Shown here in pieces: positions 51,200 to 64,000 of a stretch of DNA of 64,000 nucleotides. The translations under genes were made by a program, and so were the position numbers. The stretch's first letter is position 1, and each line of letters starts with the position of its first letter. The stretch is from NCBI RefSeq assembly GCF_006345805.1, contig NC_043007.1, forward strand, positions 51,956,001 to 52,020,000, written 5' to 3'. A model generated the notes under the pieces. That model was given only the letters and a program-made list of their open reading frames with translations. It did not search any database and had not been told where the DNA came from. Source of the DNA: Octopus sinensis. Taxonomy: Eukaryota.

Positions 51200-53900
51200 A
51201 ATCACTTGCCGAGGCACACCCAGCGTCCTACGGCGAGTGAAGGGTAAGAGTTGTTATAGTATGACCGAAAGCTTGGGGAGGGGAAGTAGTAGGAGTAGTA
51301 GTGAAATATCTTCATGCAATACATCACAGACATTTAAATTGATAGGGTTTTATAAGGATGTTGGCAGTACATGTCAGCACAATCTTTTGGATTTCTCTGA
51401 GACATGGTTCTCCTGGGATCTTATCTAGATGTTTCTGATATCTCTTTTTTTAATCATGCCGAGGGTACCTACAATAACAGGAACAGTTCTCGCTTTAAGA
51501 TGCTACATCTTTTGTATTTCAGTTTCCAGGTCCTTATATTTACTTAATTTGTCAAATTCCTTTACAGATATATTTTTTATCAGTGGGAACACTTACATCT
51601 GTTATTATACAAGTATCTTTCTTCCCTGTTTTTAATGACTATTTCTGGTCGATTAGCCTAGATCATTCTGTCGGTGTTGACTGGAAAATCCCAGACGATA
51701 GTGACATTTTTACCTTCAAAGACTGGCTCAGGATGATGTTCATACCAGTAAACAGGCGTGCCGATTTCGTAGTGTTTACATATTTTCCAGTGTAAATACT
51801 GTCGTACCCCATCGTAGCGATTTTTGTATTCGTTTGGTGTCAGCACAGGACATCTCGAGACGGGATGGTCTATTGTTTCGTCAGATGTTTCGCAGAATCT
51901 GCATTTAGGGTCAGAACCATTTTTGATAAGCAAGCTTTGATTTTGTACCGCCAATATGAAACCTTCAGTCTCTGCTTTCAGTCCTAAACTTCTGAGCCAC
52001 CGATGGGTAGATGCTTGGTCTACATCAGCATTTCGACTTCGAAGTATATACAGTCCATGCAGAGGCTTCTGGCTCCACTGCTCCTCAATTTGTTTCTGCC
52101 CGTTCTTTTTTGCAGTCTGCTGGATCCGTTTTTCCTTGTTCTGCTTGCACACAAGCTGCAGCATCAAGTCCGCTGTACTAGATAAGTACCAGTTCATTGC
52201 TATTGTGGAGGTCTTATAACACAGTTCTACCTGCATCATTCCTCTTCCCCCATTACTTCTAGGTAGGTACAGCTGATCAACGTCTGCTTTTGAGTGGTCC
52301 ATGTTCTTAGATGTTAGTAGTTTTCTTGTCTTCCTGTCCAGGTGTTGGAGCTCTGTAAGATTCCAGTTAATAATGTTAAAACTGTATTGGACTACTGGAA
52401 ATGGCTTCGATGCGAATTTTGAAGTTAAGTTCAGTTTTCTTTTTTGTATGAGTGTTATTCTCCTTTAATACTGCTTTCTTATTTTTTCCTTCATAATATC
52501 ATGTTGTATATAATCTCCTTTGTTTATTCCCAGGTATTTATAACTTTCTTGTGGGTCAAGCTCTTTGATGACAGAGTCGGTATCTAATTTAATGAAAGCT
52601 GTTTGCCTGAGTTTAGCACACTTGTCAAGGCCGAAATCCATCCCGATGTCATTGCTGAACAGTTGTTAGCAGCCGTACTAGCTCTTCGTCATTTCTAGCA
52701 TAGAACTTTAGATCGTCCATATATAACAAATGGTTTATTGTCGTATTATAAACTTTGAACCCATTCAGTTCGTTTTGAGAGTTGGATCAGTACAATGCAA
52801 AAGAGTAATGGGAAGAGGGAGTCACCTTGAAAGATACCTCGTTTGGTTTTGATGTAGTTAGATTGACTCATCCCATAACTATGGCTTAGAAGGAGACGTG
52901 TGTTCCACTCGGCCATGCTACACTGTAAGAGTTTGGAGACGATGGGACAGATCTTATATGTCTCAAGGGCATTGAGTAGCCAATTATGTGGGACACTATC
53001 AAACGCTTTCCTGTAGTCAATCCATGTCATATTCAGGTTCTTCATTTTGCTCCGATAATTCTCAACAGTAATTTTATTTATGAGTAATTGATCTTTGCAC
53101 CCATAAGAATTCCTTTTACAGCCTTTTTGAGCTTGTGGAAGGATAGACTTCTGTTCAAGGAAAGCGTATATTCTTTCAGTTAGTATGCATGTTGATGGTC
53201 GGTAATTCTTTGGATTTTTTTTTGTTTTTGTTTTTGTCTTCAATTTTTGGTTGAAGCTATGTTATTCCTTCGGTCAGCCAGGCAGGTATTTGCTCTGGCT
53301 TGTGGATGACATCAGTCAGAGATGCAGTGAAATTTTGGTGTACTTCTGTCAAACAATTCAGCCATAAGTTTTGAATCCGGTCCTGTCCTGAGGGTTTCCA
53401 TTTGTGAGACTCCCTAAGAACACATCTTAGTTCTTCTGTTTCTGCTGCATCCCATTTCTGCTCTTCAACTTCATCCAGCTTACTTTCTCACGCTCTATCC
53501 AGTGAACTTCAGCATTATATTCTTTTTTGTTGCTCTATATCTTCTTCCAGAGCTCTTCCATTTTCTCAGTTTTTAGGTGGCTCCTTTACTTCTATCTTAC
53601 TTTTGCCAATTTCCCAATAAAATTTCTTCGTATTCGTCTTGTATACCTTGTTTTGTCGATAAAATTATTATTATTATATAACTGTTCAATATTTGTCAGA
53701 TTGAGGCAAATTTCTACTGCATCACCTACTATACTTCCGTGTTGCTGGGGTGTGTGCAGCATTGTGTTCTTTTCTGCTGTTGTGAGTGTGCGAACTCTTC
53801 CCGGTACTGTATTGTGTTAGTTTTTTTTTTCCTTGACTTTAGTTGTGTTACTACTTTTATTGTGTGAGTGTGTTATGCTTTGGTTTTCTAGCTTGCTGGT
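51200..53900 (-). mobile_element. R4/Dong-clade LINE, RT plus CCHC plus RLE, decayed
   Basis: QKGCKRNSYGCKDQLLINK, WIDYRKAFDSVPH, GIFQGDSL, HLLYMDDLK, CRFCETSDETIDH..RC, RLE DVSVP..KLSKY. Confidence 0.9.
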
Positions 53901-53949
53901 GGGAGTTTATTTCACTGGGTAAATGCCGTATAGAGTGTGTCTTGTATTT

Positions 53950-55152
53950 ATGGGTTGTTTTGTTTAGGTTGTATTATTGGATTGAGAGTGTCTTGTGTTG
54001 GGTGTGGGCTGTTCCTAGGAGGGCTTCTACATTTTTGTTCATTTGATTGTTTATCGCTCCCAATGCTCCAGTTATTATTGGTTTGTTTTTACCTTCATGC
54101 CCCACATTTTGAATACTTCAATTTCGAGGTCATTGTACTTCGACAATTTCTCCACTTTTCTGACAATATTTTGATCAGAAGGGACTGCAATATTTATCAA
54201 CAAGTAGGTGTTTTTTCCCCCAATCCATGACTATTATGTCTCGGTGATTAGCTTTTAATTCTTTGTTGCTTTGAACCAGCATATCCCAAATGATTGTGGC
54301 CTGATCGTGGTTTTGTACCTTTCTTGGCTCATGCTTATACCCCCTGCTGTCAGTTTTGATGTTGTAATGTTGGCTTGCTTTGTTGTGTCCGTATACACAT
54401 TCAGACTTGGCAAGCACTGGGCAACCTGCGATGATGTGGTCAACTGTCTCATTGGGCTGGTTGCACATTCTGTTGAGACCTATTTTCATTATTTTATTTT
54501 TATAATTGTTTGTAGTCAGGCATTAATCTTATGCAGCAAGAATCAGTCCTTCTGTTTTGGCTTTTAGTCCAGAGCCTTTTGAACAATTGTTGGCTTTTAC
54601 TTAGGCTCACTTCCTCTCTGTCAAGCTTTGCCGTGTATTGGCTATGAAGTGATTTTTCTCTTGATTTCTTCTTCAGTATCTTTTGTAATTCAGTTTTCAT
54701 GTTGTTTTTTGTCTCTCTAACCATTTGTGCTATGTTGTCATCTGAGGTCAGTGTGTCAGTGTTGTTTGCTTCTGTTTTGTATTTTGTCGCCTCCTTGTGT
54801 AAAGAGAAAAGTGATTTCTTTTTCTCATGTTGCTTTACTACATGCAGTAGTCCGCCGCTCTTTGTTTCTAAGTACTTTGCTACTTTAACTGTTATTATTT
54901 TATAGTAGTTTTCTATCTGTTTCAGGCTAAGGCTTCCTTCTGAGCGGGATAGATATATTCAACCTGCGTTTGCTTTTGGGCGGTGACTTCGGTATGCTGT
55001 TAGTAGTTTTCTGGTTTTTCTATCTAAGTTTCTCAATTCACTGATCTTCCAGTTTATTATGTTAAAGCTATAATTTATGACTGGTATGGCTAGCGTGTTT
55101 ATCCTTGTTATCTTATTTTTAGCATTAAGTTCAGTGTTTAATATTAGTCTAA

Positions 55153-55158
<6 letters not shown>
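53950..55158 (-). mobile_element. Third R4/Dong-clade LINE fragment, starting at an (ATT)n tract
   Basis: ELNAKNKITRINTLAIPV..YSF..LDRKTRKLL, ETVDHIIAGCPVLA, IIWD..KANHRDIIV, IITGALGAI. Confidence 0.82.
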
Positions 55159-55208
<50 letters not shown>

Positions 55209-55299
55209 GACAACTGACAGCATATTTTGCTGGGTATGATGGAAAGTGTCAGCTGTCCACAGCCAGCAGACTAAGATGACACTTGTTTACTGGTCATGC

Positions 55300-55664
55300 T
55301 TCAAGAACCCTGCGTACAAAAGGAGGTCAGAAGAAACGCTACAAGGACTCCCTGAAATCGAACCTCAAAAAGTGTGACATTGACTTCACCAACTGGGAGG
55401 AAACGGCAAAAAACAGACCACTCTGGAAAACCACCATCCATGAGGGAACGGCGAATTTCGAGTCGAAACGGTCTGCAGAGCTGGAGGAGAAAAGACGACG
55501 ACGGAAGGAGCGCCAACAACAACCACGTGCGACTCTCCCTTCCGGCACTAGATGTCCGCACTGTGACCGATCTTTTCGAGCAAGAATTGGTCTTATCAGT
55601 CACCTGCGGACTCACCAATAAATTTGCGCGAAGACCATCATCCTCGACCTTGAGGGATTGCCAT
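55300..55664 (+). mobile_element. RTE-clade LINE 3' end with C2H2 finger and (TAG)n tail
   Basis: GGQKKRYKDSLK..WEETAKNRPLW..CPHCDRSFRARIGLISHLRTH. Confidence 0.9.
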
Positions 55665-55689
55665 AGTAGTAGTAGTAGTAATTTGTTGT

Positions 55690-55800
55690 AGGTATCCTAC
55701 CTTCACACTTGCACCAATCTTTTTCAGCTAAGTTGGAAGTTGAGTGCTGATACTTCCAAGTGCACCAATTACTATTGGTATCAGGTCTACTCTCCTCATT
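55690..55800 (-). pseudogene. R4/Dong-like 3' tip
   Basis: IPIVIGALGSI motif. Confidence 0.6.
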
Positions 55801-56189
55801 GACAACCTTCGTATTATTATTATTATTATTATTATTACTGAGAGAACGGTGCATGCCATCAAAGTGACCCTGGGATACAAATATACGAAGCCCAATATAC
55901 CCATCTGATGAGGGTACACCAGGTACACGCATCACAACCATATGTGCGCGACATAGCGATCTCATATCAAGATAAACAGCGTATGACCTTGCAGGTGGGA
56001 CCCAGTTATAATTTTCTTCAGGTCGAGTATCCCATTCCGCTCAAAAGGTCTCTGAATAAGCGTTTTTTAAGGATGTTGGACGAAAGACTCATATTTCCAG
56101 AGGGGAATTATCCAAACCCCAAAGAATTCTTCTCAACACATTGACCATGATGCTCCCCCACTGTTAGCCGGTGTTGGGTAACGCTGCTG

Positions 56190-57700
56190 AAAATGGACGC
56201 CGACAATGGGGACGTGCTTGGAAATTTCCGGCCCATAACTCTGATAAACACAGAGTTTAAGATTCTGGCCAAAGTGTTAGTGAAAAGGTTGGCGCTTGTC
56301 ATCATTCTGGTCGGGAAGGCACAAACGTGCGCAATCCCGAGTAGCCCTCTTACGACAACCGCCACTTTATGCTGGGACTAAAGCTGGTTTCGGCGGGGCC
56401 CTGATTAATTTAGATCAGTTGAAGGCTTTCGATAGCCGTCCTAAAAGCGGCTGGTTTTGGACCCGGTTTCAAAGGCTGGATTGCTGCAATGCACAGCGGC
56501 ACCTGCTCGGTGATCAAAGTAAATAGCCACCTATCGGAACCGTTTAGTATCGCACTTTCGGTCCGTAGGGCTTCCCGCTGTCACCTCTTATATATGTACT
56601 GGCTCTCGAGCCACTGTTGCGGAAATTGGAATAGTTAAGAAGGCTGCTTTCGAAATTGGACTCGAGAGGGCTGTGTCAGCGTACACGGACGACGTCACGG
56701 TCATGGTGTCGGATGCCTCCGAAGTAGAGACGGTCGGCTCCATTGTAAAAGAATATGAGTCAGTTGCAGGGGCCAAAATCAACGTCGACAAGTCGGTGGG
56801 ATTGCAACTGGGCACCTGGAGAGGCAGATCGATGCCGTCGGACGATGGACTGACGGAGCAATTAAACTGCTTGGAATCTGGCTCGGTCCCGACCTCCCGG
56901 TGGATAAGAATCGGTAAGAAAGGAAGTTGTCTCTGAAAGGTCTGGCAGAGGTGGCGAATGCCTACATCGCCTTTGTCATTATTTATCGTCTGATCGTCGT
57001 GCCTTGCCCCAGTTACTGCTTGATTAGATTGGAACGTATACCTGTTTATTTTCTTGTGGAAGGGACGCGTTTCACTGCTTAGGTGGTCCGTATGCATGCA
57101 CTCGTTCATTGTTAACTTGTGGAGTTATTACGAACAGCTATTGTCGCGTGTGGGACGAATCTGCCTGTCAGCCGAGTCCATAATAATTACTGATTGCTAC
57201 GTCTCCATCCTTTAATCGGGCAGGCAAGGCAGTTTTCCTTTGTCTGGTGGCTGTGGCGAAAGAGGCTGCCTGGTGGACGAAGCTGAAAGCCCTCATTGAT
57301 TTTTTTTTCAAGTTTCCCTTGAAAAGGAAAGTGAAGGCGCTGTCCTCGAGTGAATTTATGAAAAGGTGGGTGAAAGTTGCGAAAATGGCAAACTTGAATG
57401 GCACCACTCTCAGTGTAGACCTGTTAGCCGGAAGAAATGAGTTGGAGAGGGCACTCGTCCTTGATATTCAGGGTGATCTTGGATGGTGGGGTTCCTCGGT
57501 CATCCCTAGAGGTCCTCCTGTATCAGAAAATCCCCATCACAAACCCTTTTTTTCTAGTGCCATATACTATGTATACTTCCTTTTAATGTATACCGTGTAT
57601 ACTTTTTTCATTTTTTTCCTATTATCTGTAAACCCCAACACTTTATGTCTGTCTTTGTGCTGTCTCCCTCATCCTTCGCCCTAGTGGCAAATAAAAAAAA
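56190..57700 (+). mobile_element. Tx1/L1-like LINE, RT to 3' end, decayed
   Basis: NFRPITLINTEFKILAKVL, LDQLKAFD, PLSPL, AYTDDV; terminus GCCCTAGTGGCAAATAAA followed by (TCA)n. Confidence 0.88.
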
Positions 57701-57769
57701 TCATCATTATCATCATCATCATTATTATTATTATTATTATTATTATTGCTGTTGTTGTCGTGGTGGTGG

Positions 57770-59045
57770 TCCTGGATGTGAACAGCAGTGACAGTGGTGC
57801 CTTCAGACTGGTGGCTGCCTATGCTCCGACAGGGGCAGGTCGGTCAGATTTCTTCAAGCGTCTGAAGGTTATCCTGGGAACGTCTCGTACTTTAGCTGTT
57901 AATAGAGGGTTGGAACGCTGTCTTAGATGAACGTTTCGATTGCCTGGGAGTATCTGATAGGAGTGTGGGGTGCAAAAGCCTCACAAACCTGCTGATAGGT
58001 ACCGACTAGATAACCCGAATGTGCCAATGTGGACTTCGACAAATCGCATCGGGTCATCTAGATCGTATCTAGATAGAGTACTCTGATAGAGTCAACTGAT
58101 AAGGATAGCATAGGTTGTTCACACTTTCACATAGTCGGCTACACAGACCACAATTCGCGATAAAGAGCTGCACGAGAGGCAGATCGCCGGGTTTGGATGG
58201 TCTACACTACGAGCTTTATATTTCGATACCAGACTTGTTTGGAGGCCTCTTAACAGATATCTACCGCAACTGGTAGCTGAATGGGAGAATTCCCACTTTT
58301 GTCTGTCGAGGGGCAGTGCCACTGCTGAAAAAGGACCCAAACAAGGGGGTCATGAAAGAGAAGTAATGGGGGAAGAGGAATGATACTGGTAGAGCTGTGT
58401 TATAAGACCGCAACAATAGCAATGAACAGGTACTTAATCAAGTACAGAATACTGGGTGCTGCGGCTTGTGTGCAAACATGAAAGCAATAAAAAATCACAT
58501 TCTATTGTCAAGGAAGCTTGAAATTTCGCACAGGGAACTTGGCATTAACCCTGAATTAGATGAAGAACCTGAAACCAGTGCCACAAAAAAGGCAAAATGG
58601 ATCCAGCTGTAGCGAAAGGGGTCATATGGTGGACACGTTTGAAGGGGCTAAAGACAGACACATTTTACTTTTGCCAAGTCTCCATTAATTTTTTAAGTTT
58701 CATTTGAAAAGGAAAGTGAGGGTAGAGAGGGAAGTGCTGTCTTCTAGTAAGTCTGTTGAAAGGTGGGTGAATGTCAGAAGAATGGTCAGTGTAAAAGAAC
58801 CAGTCTTGAGCATGCACCTGTAAAAAGGGAAAAGGCGAGGACTCTTGCCTTGTTGGTTTTAGTGGATTTTCCCACGAGTAGCCTTAAAGCACTTCCCCCA
58901 TTGGGAGATTTTATTGTTTAATTTTAATTATTTTACTGTTTACTCCATTTGAAAACTTTTTGTATTGTTTTGTATTCTCTTTTCCTGTTATTGTATGTCA
59001 TTTTATGTTGCTTTATGTAAGCCCTTGTGGCCAATAAAAAAATAT
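57770..59045 (+). mobile_element. Tx1/L1-like LINE, internally deleted (APE, start of RT, 3' end)
   Basis: FRLVAAYAP, SYLDR, YTDH, PGLDG..YELY; terminus GCCCTTGTGGCCAATAAA. Confidence 0.78.
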
Positions 59046-59069
59046 TATCATTGTTGTTATTGTTGTTGT

Positions 59070-59535
59070 TGGCGAGGCGATGAAGGGCTGCGCAAGAGGC
59101 AGATCACAGGGTTTAAGATGGTCTGTCCTACGAGCTTTATATTTCTATGCCAGACTTGTTTGCGGGCCTCTTAGCAAACGTCTACTGCAAAGGGCTAAAG
59201 ACAGACACTTTCCTCTTGGTCAAACTCTCATAAACTTTTTCAATTTTCACTTGAAAGGAAAGTGAGGGTGGAGAGGAAGCGTTGCCTTCTAGCAAATTTG
59301 TCGAAAGGTTGGTGAATGTCGGGAAAATAGCCAATGTGAGCATGCGCCAGTGAAAAATAAAGGAGAAAGGCTCTTACCCTGTTGGTCAGACACCCGTGGT
59401 TTTTATGGGCTTTTCCACGAGTAACCTTAAAGCGCCTCCCCCTATTTGTTTACACGCTTTTAAAACCCATTTGTATCGTCCTGTCTTTGTCTCTTCGTGT
59501 AACTTTACCTAAGCCCTTGTTGCCAATAAAATAAT
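59070..59535 (+). mobile_element. Short Tx1/L1-like copy (RT-start fragment joined to 3' end)
   Basis: Similar to 58170-58240 and 58630-58900; terminus GCCCTTGTTGCCAATAAA. Confidence 0.72.
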
Positions 59536-59879
59536 TAATTATCATTGTTGTCCGCGTGTCAAGATGTGTTTTCTTTTTTCTTTGTTGCAGGAGAGAAAGA
59601 CTGACACTGACACTGTCACCACCACCACCACCACAAACATGAACAACAACTGCAACAAGCCAAGCGTCAAAGGTTTCGCTTCGGCGGCGAGGCAAATTAA
59701 GGAAAAACTTAATGTCACAATGGAAGACATTAAAGCCTCAAAAGGACTACTAAAAAAATGGAAACAATGTAGCGATAAATACACCAAATGATATTATTAT
59801 GGACACAAACAAAAGAACACTCATTTACAAAATGCGTAAGCCTGATTATTATTCTGAAGAAAACCAGCGTACTTAGTCA

Positions 59880-60700
59880 TGGTGGCAAGCATCCATCCGC
59901 ACACCATCACCATCAACATTTACGAGCTGGAGATAGTCCTTGATTTCACCTACCTCGACTCCACTATCACTGATAATTTCTCCTTGGACCCTGAGATCAG
60001 AAGGTGAGTTAGACAAGCAGCTTCCACATTTGCCAGGCTGATGAAGAGAATCTGGGAGAACTGACAACAAACACCAAGATTGCTATCTACAAGGCGTGCG
60101 TCCTCGGCACACTACTTTACGGCAGTGAGATATGGAGCTTCTCCTCCTGGCAGGAGAGGCGTCTCAACGCCTTCCCCCTTCGTAGTCTGAGACGCATCTT
60201 GGATACCATGTGGACCGACTGAGTCACCAACACTGAAGTCTCGATTGTACCAAGATATTCAGTGGATACACCCTGCTCCAACAGCACCGTCTACAGTGGC
60301 TCGGCCACGCGTTTCGGACAGAAGGATCCCAAAAGACCTCCTGTTTAGGGAATTGGCCACCGGCACAAGAGCTCATTTCGTTTCAAGGTCGTCAGCAAGA
60401 GAGATATAAAGTCAATGGACGCCCTGAAGTGGGAGGAGATCGCAAATGATCGCCCACAGCGAAGACGGGTACTACGAAAGAGGATGCAGCGAGAAGCAAA
60501 ACAGAAACTTTCCACCGAAGAAAAGCGCGCTCAAAGAAAGGAAAATGCAGTAGCGCCGGTCGAGTGAATCTTCAAATGCAGTCGCTGCATGCCAGACTGC
60601 CGCTCCTGTGTGGGCCAAAGCAGATACTACACGGCCATCAGCAGCTAACACAAAATTCTCTAGGCGCAGATCCATGGTCTTTCGAGACTGATGGATGCTT
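59880..60700 (+). mobile_element. RTE-clade LINE 3' fragment, decayed
   Basis: LE.V..FTYL.STI..SLD.EI..AASTFARL, TKIAIYKACVLGTLLYGSE, RLQWLGH, PKDLLFREL, typical RTE tail. Confidence 0.85.
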
Positions 60701-61294
60701 ATCTGTATTGGGATATGTGTGTATGTGTATTAAACTCTGTGAAGATCGATAGGATAAGTATTGTAGTCAATGTGCTCAACCAAAACTGCTAAAAGTCTTT
60801 TTCTCCAGCATGGCTGCTTGCCAATGACTGAAGCTTGTAGAAGATTAAAGGAATTTATAAGTACTCCACTCTCGTTATTCAGTATTTAAATATACCATGG
60901 GAGATAACTCAGTATTTTTATAAGTTATTTCCCTTGCGTATCTTGTTCTCTTAAATGTTTTGAGGTGTTATTTGAAAATGTTTAAAAATGTTTTGACATG
61001 TTTTCAAAAACACACGAAGGTTATTATATTCATTTTTTTCCTCGTTATTATGAGACCTTTCATACAACAATTATATCACTGTAACTGTGTCAGTAATCAC
61101 ATTCCGGAAGTGTAACGAAAGATTTTAATACATCATTCGGTCTTTTGACTGAATTATACGAAATAAACGAAATATGTTTCTTTAGTTTTCTGAAATAACT
61201 AAAACGACTCGATCATATTGCATTTTTTGTGTGTGGAAGGGGTATTTTTTCTTCTTTTTCTGAACTACACGGGAGCAAACAATTAATAATGGTT

Positions 61295-61485
61295 TCAAAT
61301 ATTGGCACAAGGCCAGCAAGGGAAGGGGCTAATCGATTACAAGTGCTCAACTTGTACTTATTTTATCGACCCCGAAAGGATGAAAGGGAAAGTCAGCAGA
61401 ATTTGAACTCAGAACGTAAAGACGGACAAAATGTCTTTAAGCATTTTGCCTGGTGTGCTAACAGTTCTGCCAGCTAGCCGCCTTA
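61295..61485 (-). mobile_element. SINE family B
   Basis: Reverse complement of the family B head and body. Confidence 0.8.
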
Positions 61486-62029
61486 CAGATAATCTATGTA
61501 ATAAAGATGAACGTCTGTGTGTGTGTGTGTGTTTGTTGATTTATAGGAAGAAAGGCTAAAGCATCTATATAAAACTTAAACGTTACTTGTGTAATATTTT
61601 CCGAAGAAGAAGTGGTCTCGGCTCTCTAGGGGCCCCAGTAAGGGAGCTACGGGCTCTTTTCCAAAATGTTGCACATAGTGCAGTCCTACACCGACCAAAA
61701 AAAAAAATGACCAGTCTAAGGGAGATAACTAAATATAAGTTCGAGGAAAATTAACAAACAAAACAACAAATAGCTTTTCTTAGACTAATATAGTATGACG
61801 TTAACAATATCAATTCAAAGTTATTATTCATTCTGAAAATTTTAATTTGTTGATCCCATGCTAAAACCTCCTTATTAGACAACGTTTCAGGTTTTACCAG
61901 TAGGGATGAAACGATTGTTTTTGCTTCCCTCTCTCAATGCCATGGTCGTGCGAAAGAGTAATCACGGCACCAAAAAACATTATTGTAAGTAATTTAAATG
62001 AAAGACTGGAGAAAGTTTCACCAGGAAAT

Positions 62030-62500
62030 GAACATACTTATAAGTCTAGAGGCTCTGTTGTGGATAACTCGGTTACCCGGTTGAGTTCTTAAACTCACTG
62101 GAACCACCAGGAGTTCCTCCTCATTACCTTCGATTGAAAATAAGCGCACCAATCATGTTTCTGCGCAACTTTTCTCAACCAAAGCTGTGCAATGATACAA
62201 GACTTGTTGTCAAGAAATTAACGAGAAATGTCATAGAGGCCACAATAATTTCTATCCGTGGAAAAGGTGAAGATGTGTTTATTCCTCGCTTAACTTAAAT
62301 CCTTCCAATATGCTATTCGAGTTCAAACGAGTTCAATTTCTAATACATCAGTCTTTTGCGCTGTCCATTAATAAGTCACAAGGTCAGACTTTGAAAGATG
62401 CTGGTTTGCAATTAGAGGAGAACTTTTTCACACGGACAGTTATATTTTGGGGCTCCAGAGTTGGGAGGAATAACAATCTTTTCAGTTTTGTTCCTTTCAT
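62030..62500 (+). pseudogene. Helitron Pif1-like helicase C-terminal relic
   Basis: [47 protein letters not shown](T)HGQLY..SRV. A possible Helitron 5' end (TCTATGTAATAAAG) lies near 61494. Confidence 0.85.
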
Positions 62501-62690
62501 TTATAGACTAAAATACTAGGGATCATAGATCAGAAGTGTATGTGCACCCATGATGATATTGGCCAGACGGAAACAGCTCTATCGTCCACATGGAATATGT
62601 GTGTGTGTTGTATGCATATATGTATGTATGCATGTGTGCGTATGTATATGTGTGTGTATGTATATGTATGCATGTGTGTGTGTGTGTATA

Positions 62691-62738
<48 letters not shown>

Positions 62739-62747
62739 TGTGTGTGT

Positions 62748-62788
<41 letters not shown>

Positions 62789-62880
62789 CTTTTACTTGGT
62801 TCAGTTAATAGACAGTAGCCTTGCTGGGGCTCTGCTTTGATGAATTTTAGTCGAACTTATCGACACCCAGTACTTATTCT
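62789..62880 (-). mobile_element. SINE family A tail fragment
   Basis: Aligns to 13116-13195 and 13977-14060. Confidence 0.65.
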
Positions 62881-62884
62881 ACAC

Positions 62885-64000
62885 TAAAGTCAAACCCCTC
62901 CTCAAAGCGGTAGGGTGGTGTAAACGGGCAGTGTCAGAGCTATGCCGTCGGGAACTTCGGTTCCTGGTAGGGCCACCCAAGGCGGATTGGTCTGGCACCG
63001 AGCAGTACTAGGGCCGCAGTGAAAATTCCAAGAGGCGTCTGATCGGCAACCGGCGGCTTCGAGAACGTTCTGTCCCTGCGTCTGTGGAGACCCCGCGGCA
63101 AACAGAGCGTCCCGTCACTCGGGATATGCATGCGGGATGTCGGGGACCGCTTGTGAATATTCTCACGAAACTTCTTCTATGAATCCTACTACTACCATGG
63201 CAATGAATGCGAATACGAATACGAATTATTTACCTGCTACAAACATGCAACCAATCAACAACCCTCAAACTGCTATGGCTCTTCAAACTACTCCTGGAGT
63301 AGTCCTGCTCTTTAAACGTAGGATAGAACTGAAGGTAGCGTGCTGGAACGTCAGAACCCTTCGTGACGACGGTGTCCAGGCGCTAACAATGAAAGCTTTG
63401 CACAAGTAATGTGTGAATGTTGCTTGCCTTTCAGAGGTCCGACTCGCTGATGTTGGCCATCTGCCTATCAGGGTGCCGGGCGAGGATGTCAGTTATCACC
63501 TGTATCATAGTGGCGTGACCGACAACAGTGGTCTTCATGGGATCGCTGTGGGGCTCAGCCCTGACGCGCAAGCGGCTCTGCTGGCGTGACAACCGATCTC
63601 ACACCGATTTGCGCTGGCTCGATCGAAGGGTCAAATCTCCAATGTCAGTGTGATTGCTGTCTACCCGCCCACTCTCAGTGCAGACGATGCAGACAAGGTG
63701 CAGTTCTACGCCGATCTCCAAGCTGCAGTGGATGGTGTCCCATCCAGTGATGTTCTCATTGTCGCTGGGGACTGGAATGCACGAACAGGGTCGGCTGATG
63801 ATACAACGCGGCATATACTAGGACGCCATGCCCTTGGCGTACGCCGTGACAATGGTGAACGGCTCGTATCCTTCGCAGATGCCAATCGTCTCATCGTTAC
63901 CAACACCCGGTTCCAACATCCTCCGCGCCATCTCGTCACTTGGCGGTCCAATGACGGGAGAACAGCCAATCAGATCGACTACATACTGGTCAGGTCCCGG
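62885..64000 (+). mobile_element. RTE-clade LINE 5' portion: GC-rich 5' UTR plus APE endonuclease, runs out of the window
   Basis: ACWNVRTL, ACLSEVR, IAVYPPT, IVAGDWNA, DNGERL, TNTRF, WRSND..NQIDYILV; in-frame stops near 63409 and 63590. Confidence 0.9.

Overview
This window is repeat-saturated animal genomic DNA with no confidently identifiable host gene and one 100-N scaffold gap (7621-7720). The microsatellite density and tRNA-derived SINE types suggest a cephalopod such as Octopus, but this is inference only. Most of the non-microsatellite sequence is transposable-element debris. It includes a CR1/L2-group LINE (1-3840) whose ORF1 combines a Myb/SANT-like motif with a CCCH finger, and four Penelope-like elements (one near full-length Neptune-type with pseudo-LTRs, three Hydra-type fragments). 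It also has five RTE fragments, three R4/Dong RLE LINE fragments, five Tx1/L1-like copies and a deleted Gypsy element. The rest comprises three Tc1/mariner-superfamily relics (one clearly DD37D/maT), a Helitron helicase relic, two MITE-like foldbacks and many SINEs. The main signal is invisible to the ORF track: eight type I hammerhead ribozyme motifs, all read by eye, plus two rejected partial motifs. All have a tiny, mostly palindromic stem III. Five have a 55-109 nt extended stem II. They sit in Penelope pseudo-LTRs or in ORF-less elements, including a ~2 kb element with two inverted hammerhead-bearing arms. A second signal is a 3' terminal stem-loop shared, with compensatory base changes, between the LINE at 1-3840 and a CORE-type SINE family. 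No searches or folding programs were run.
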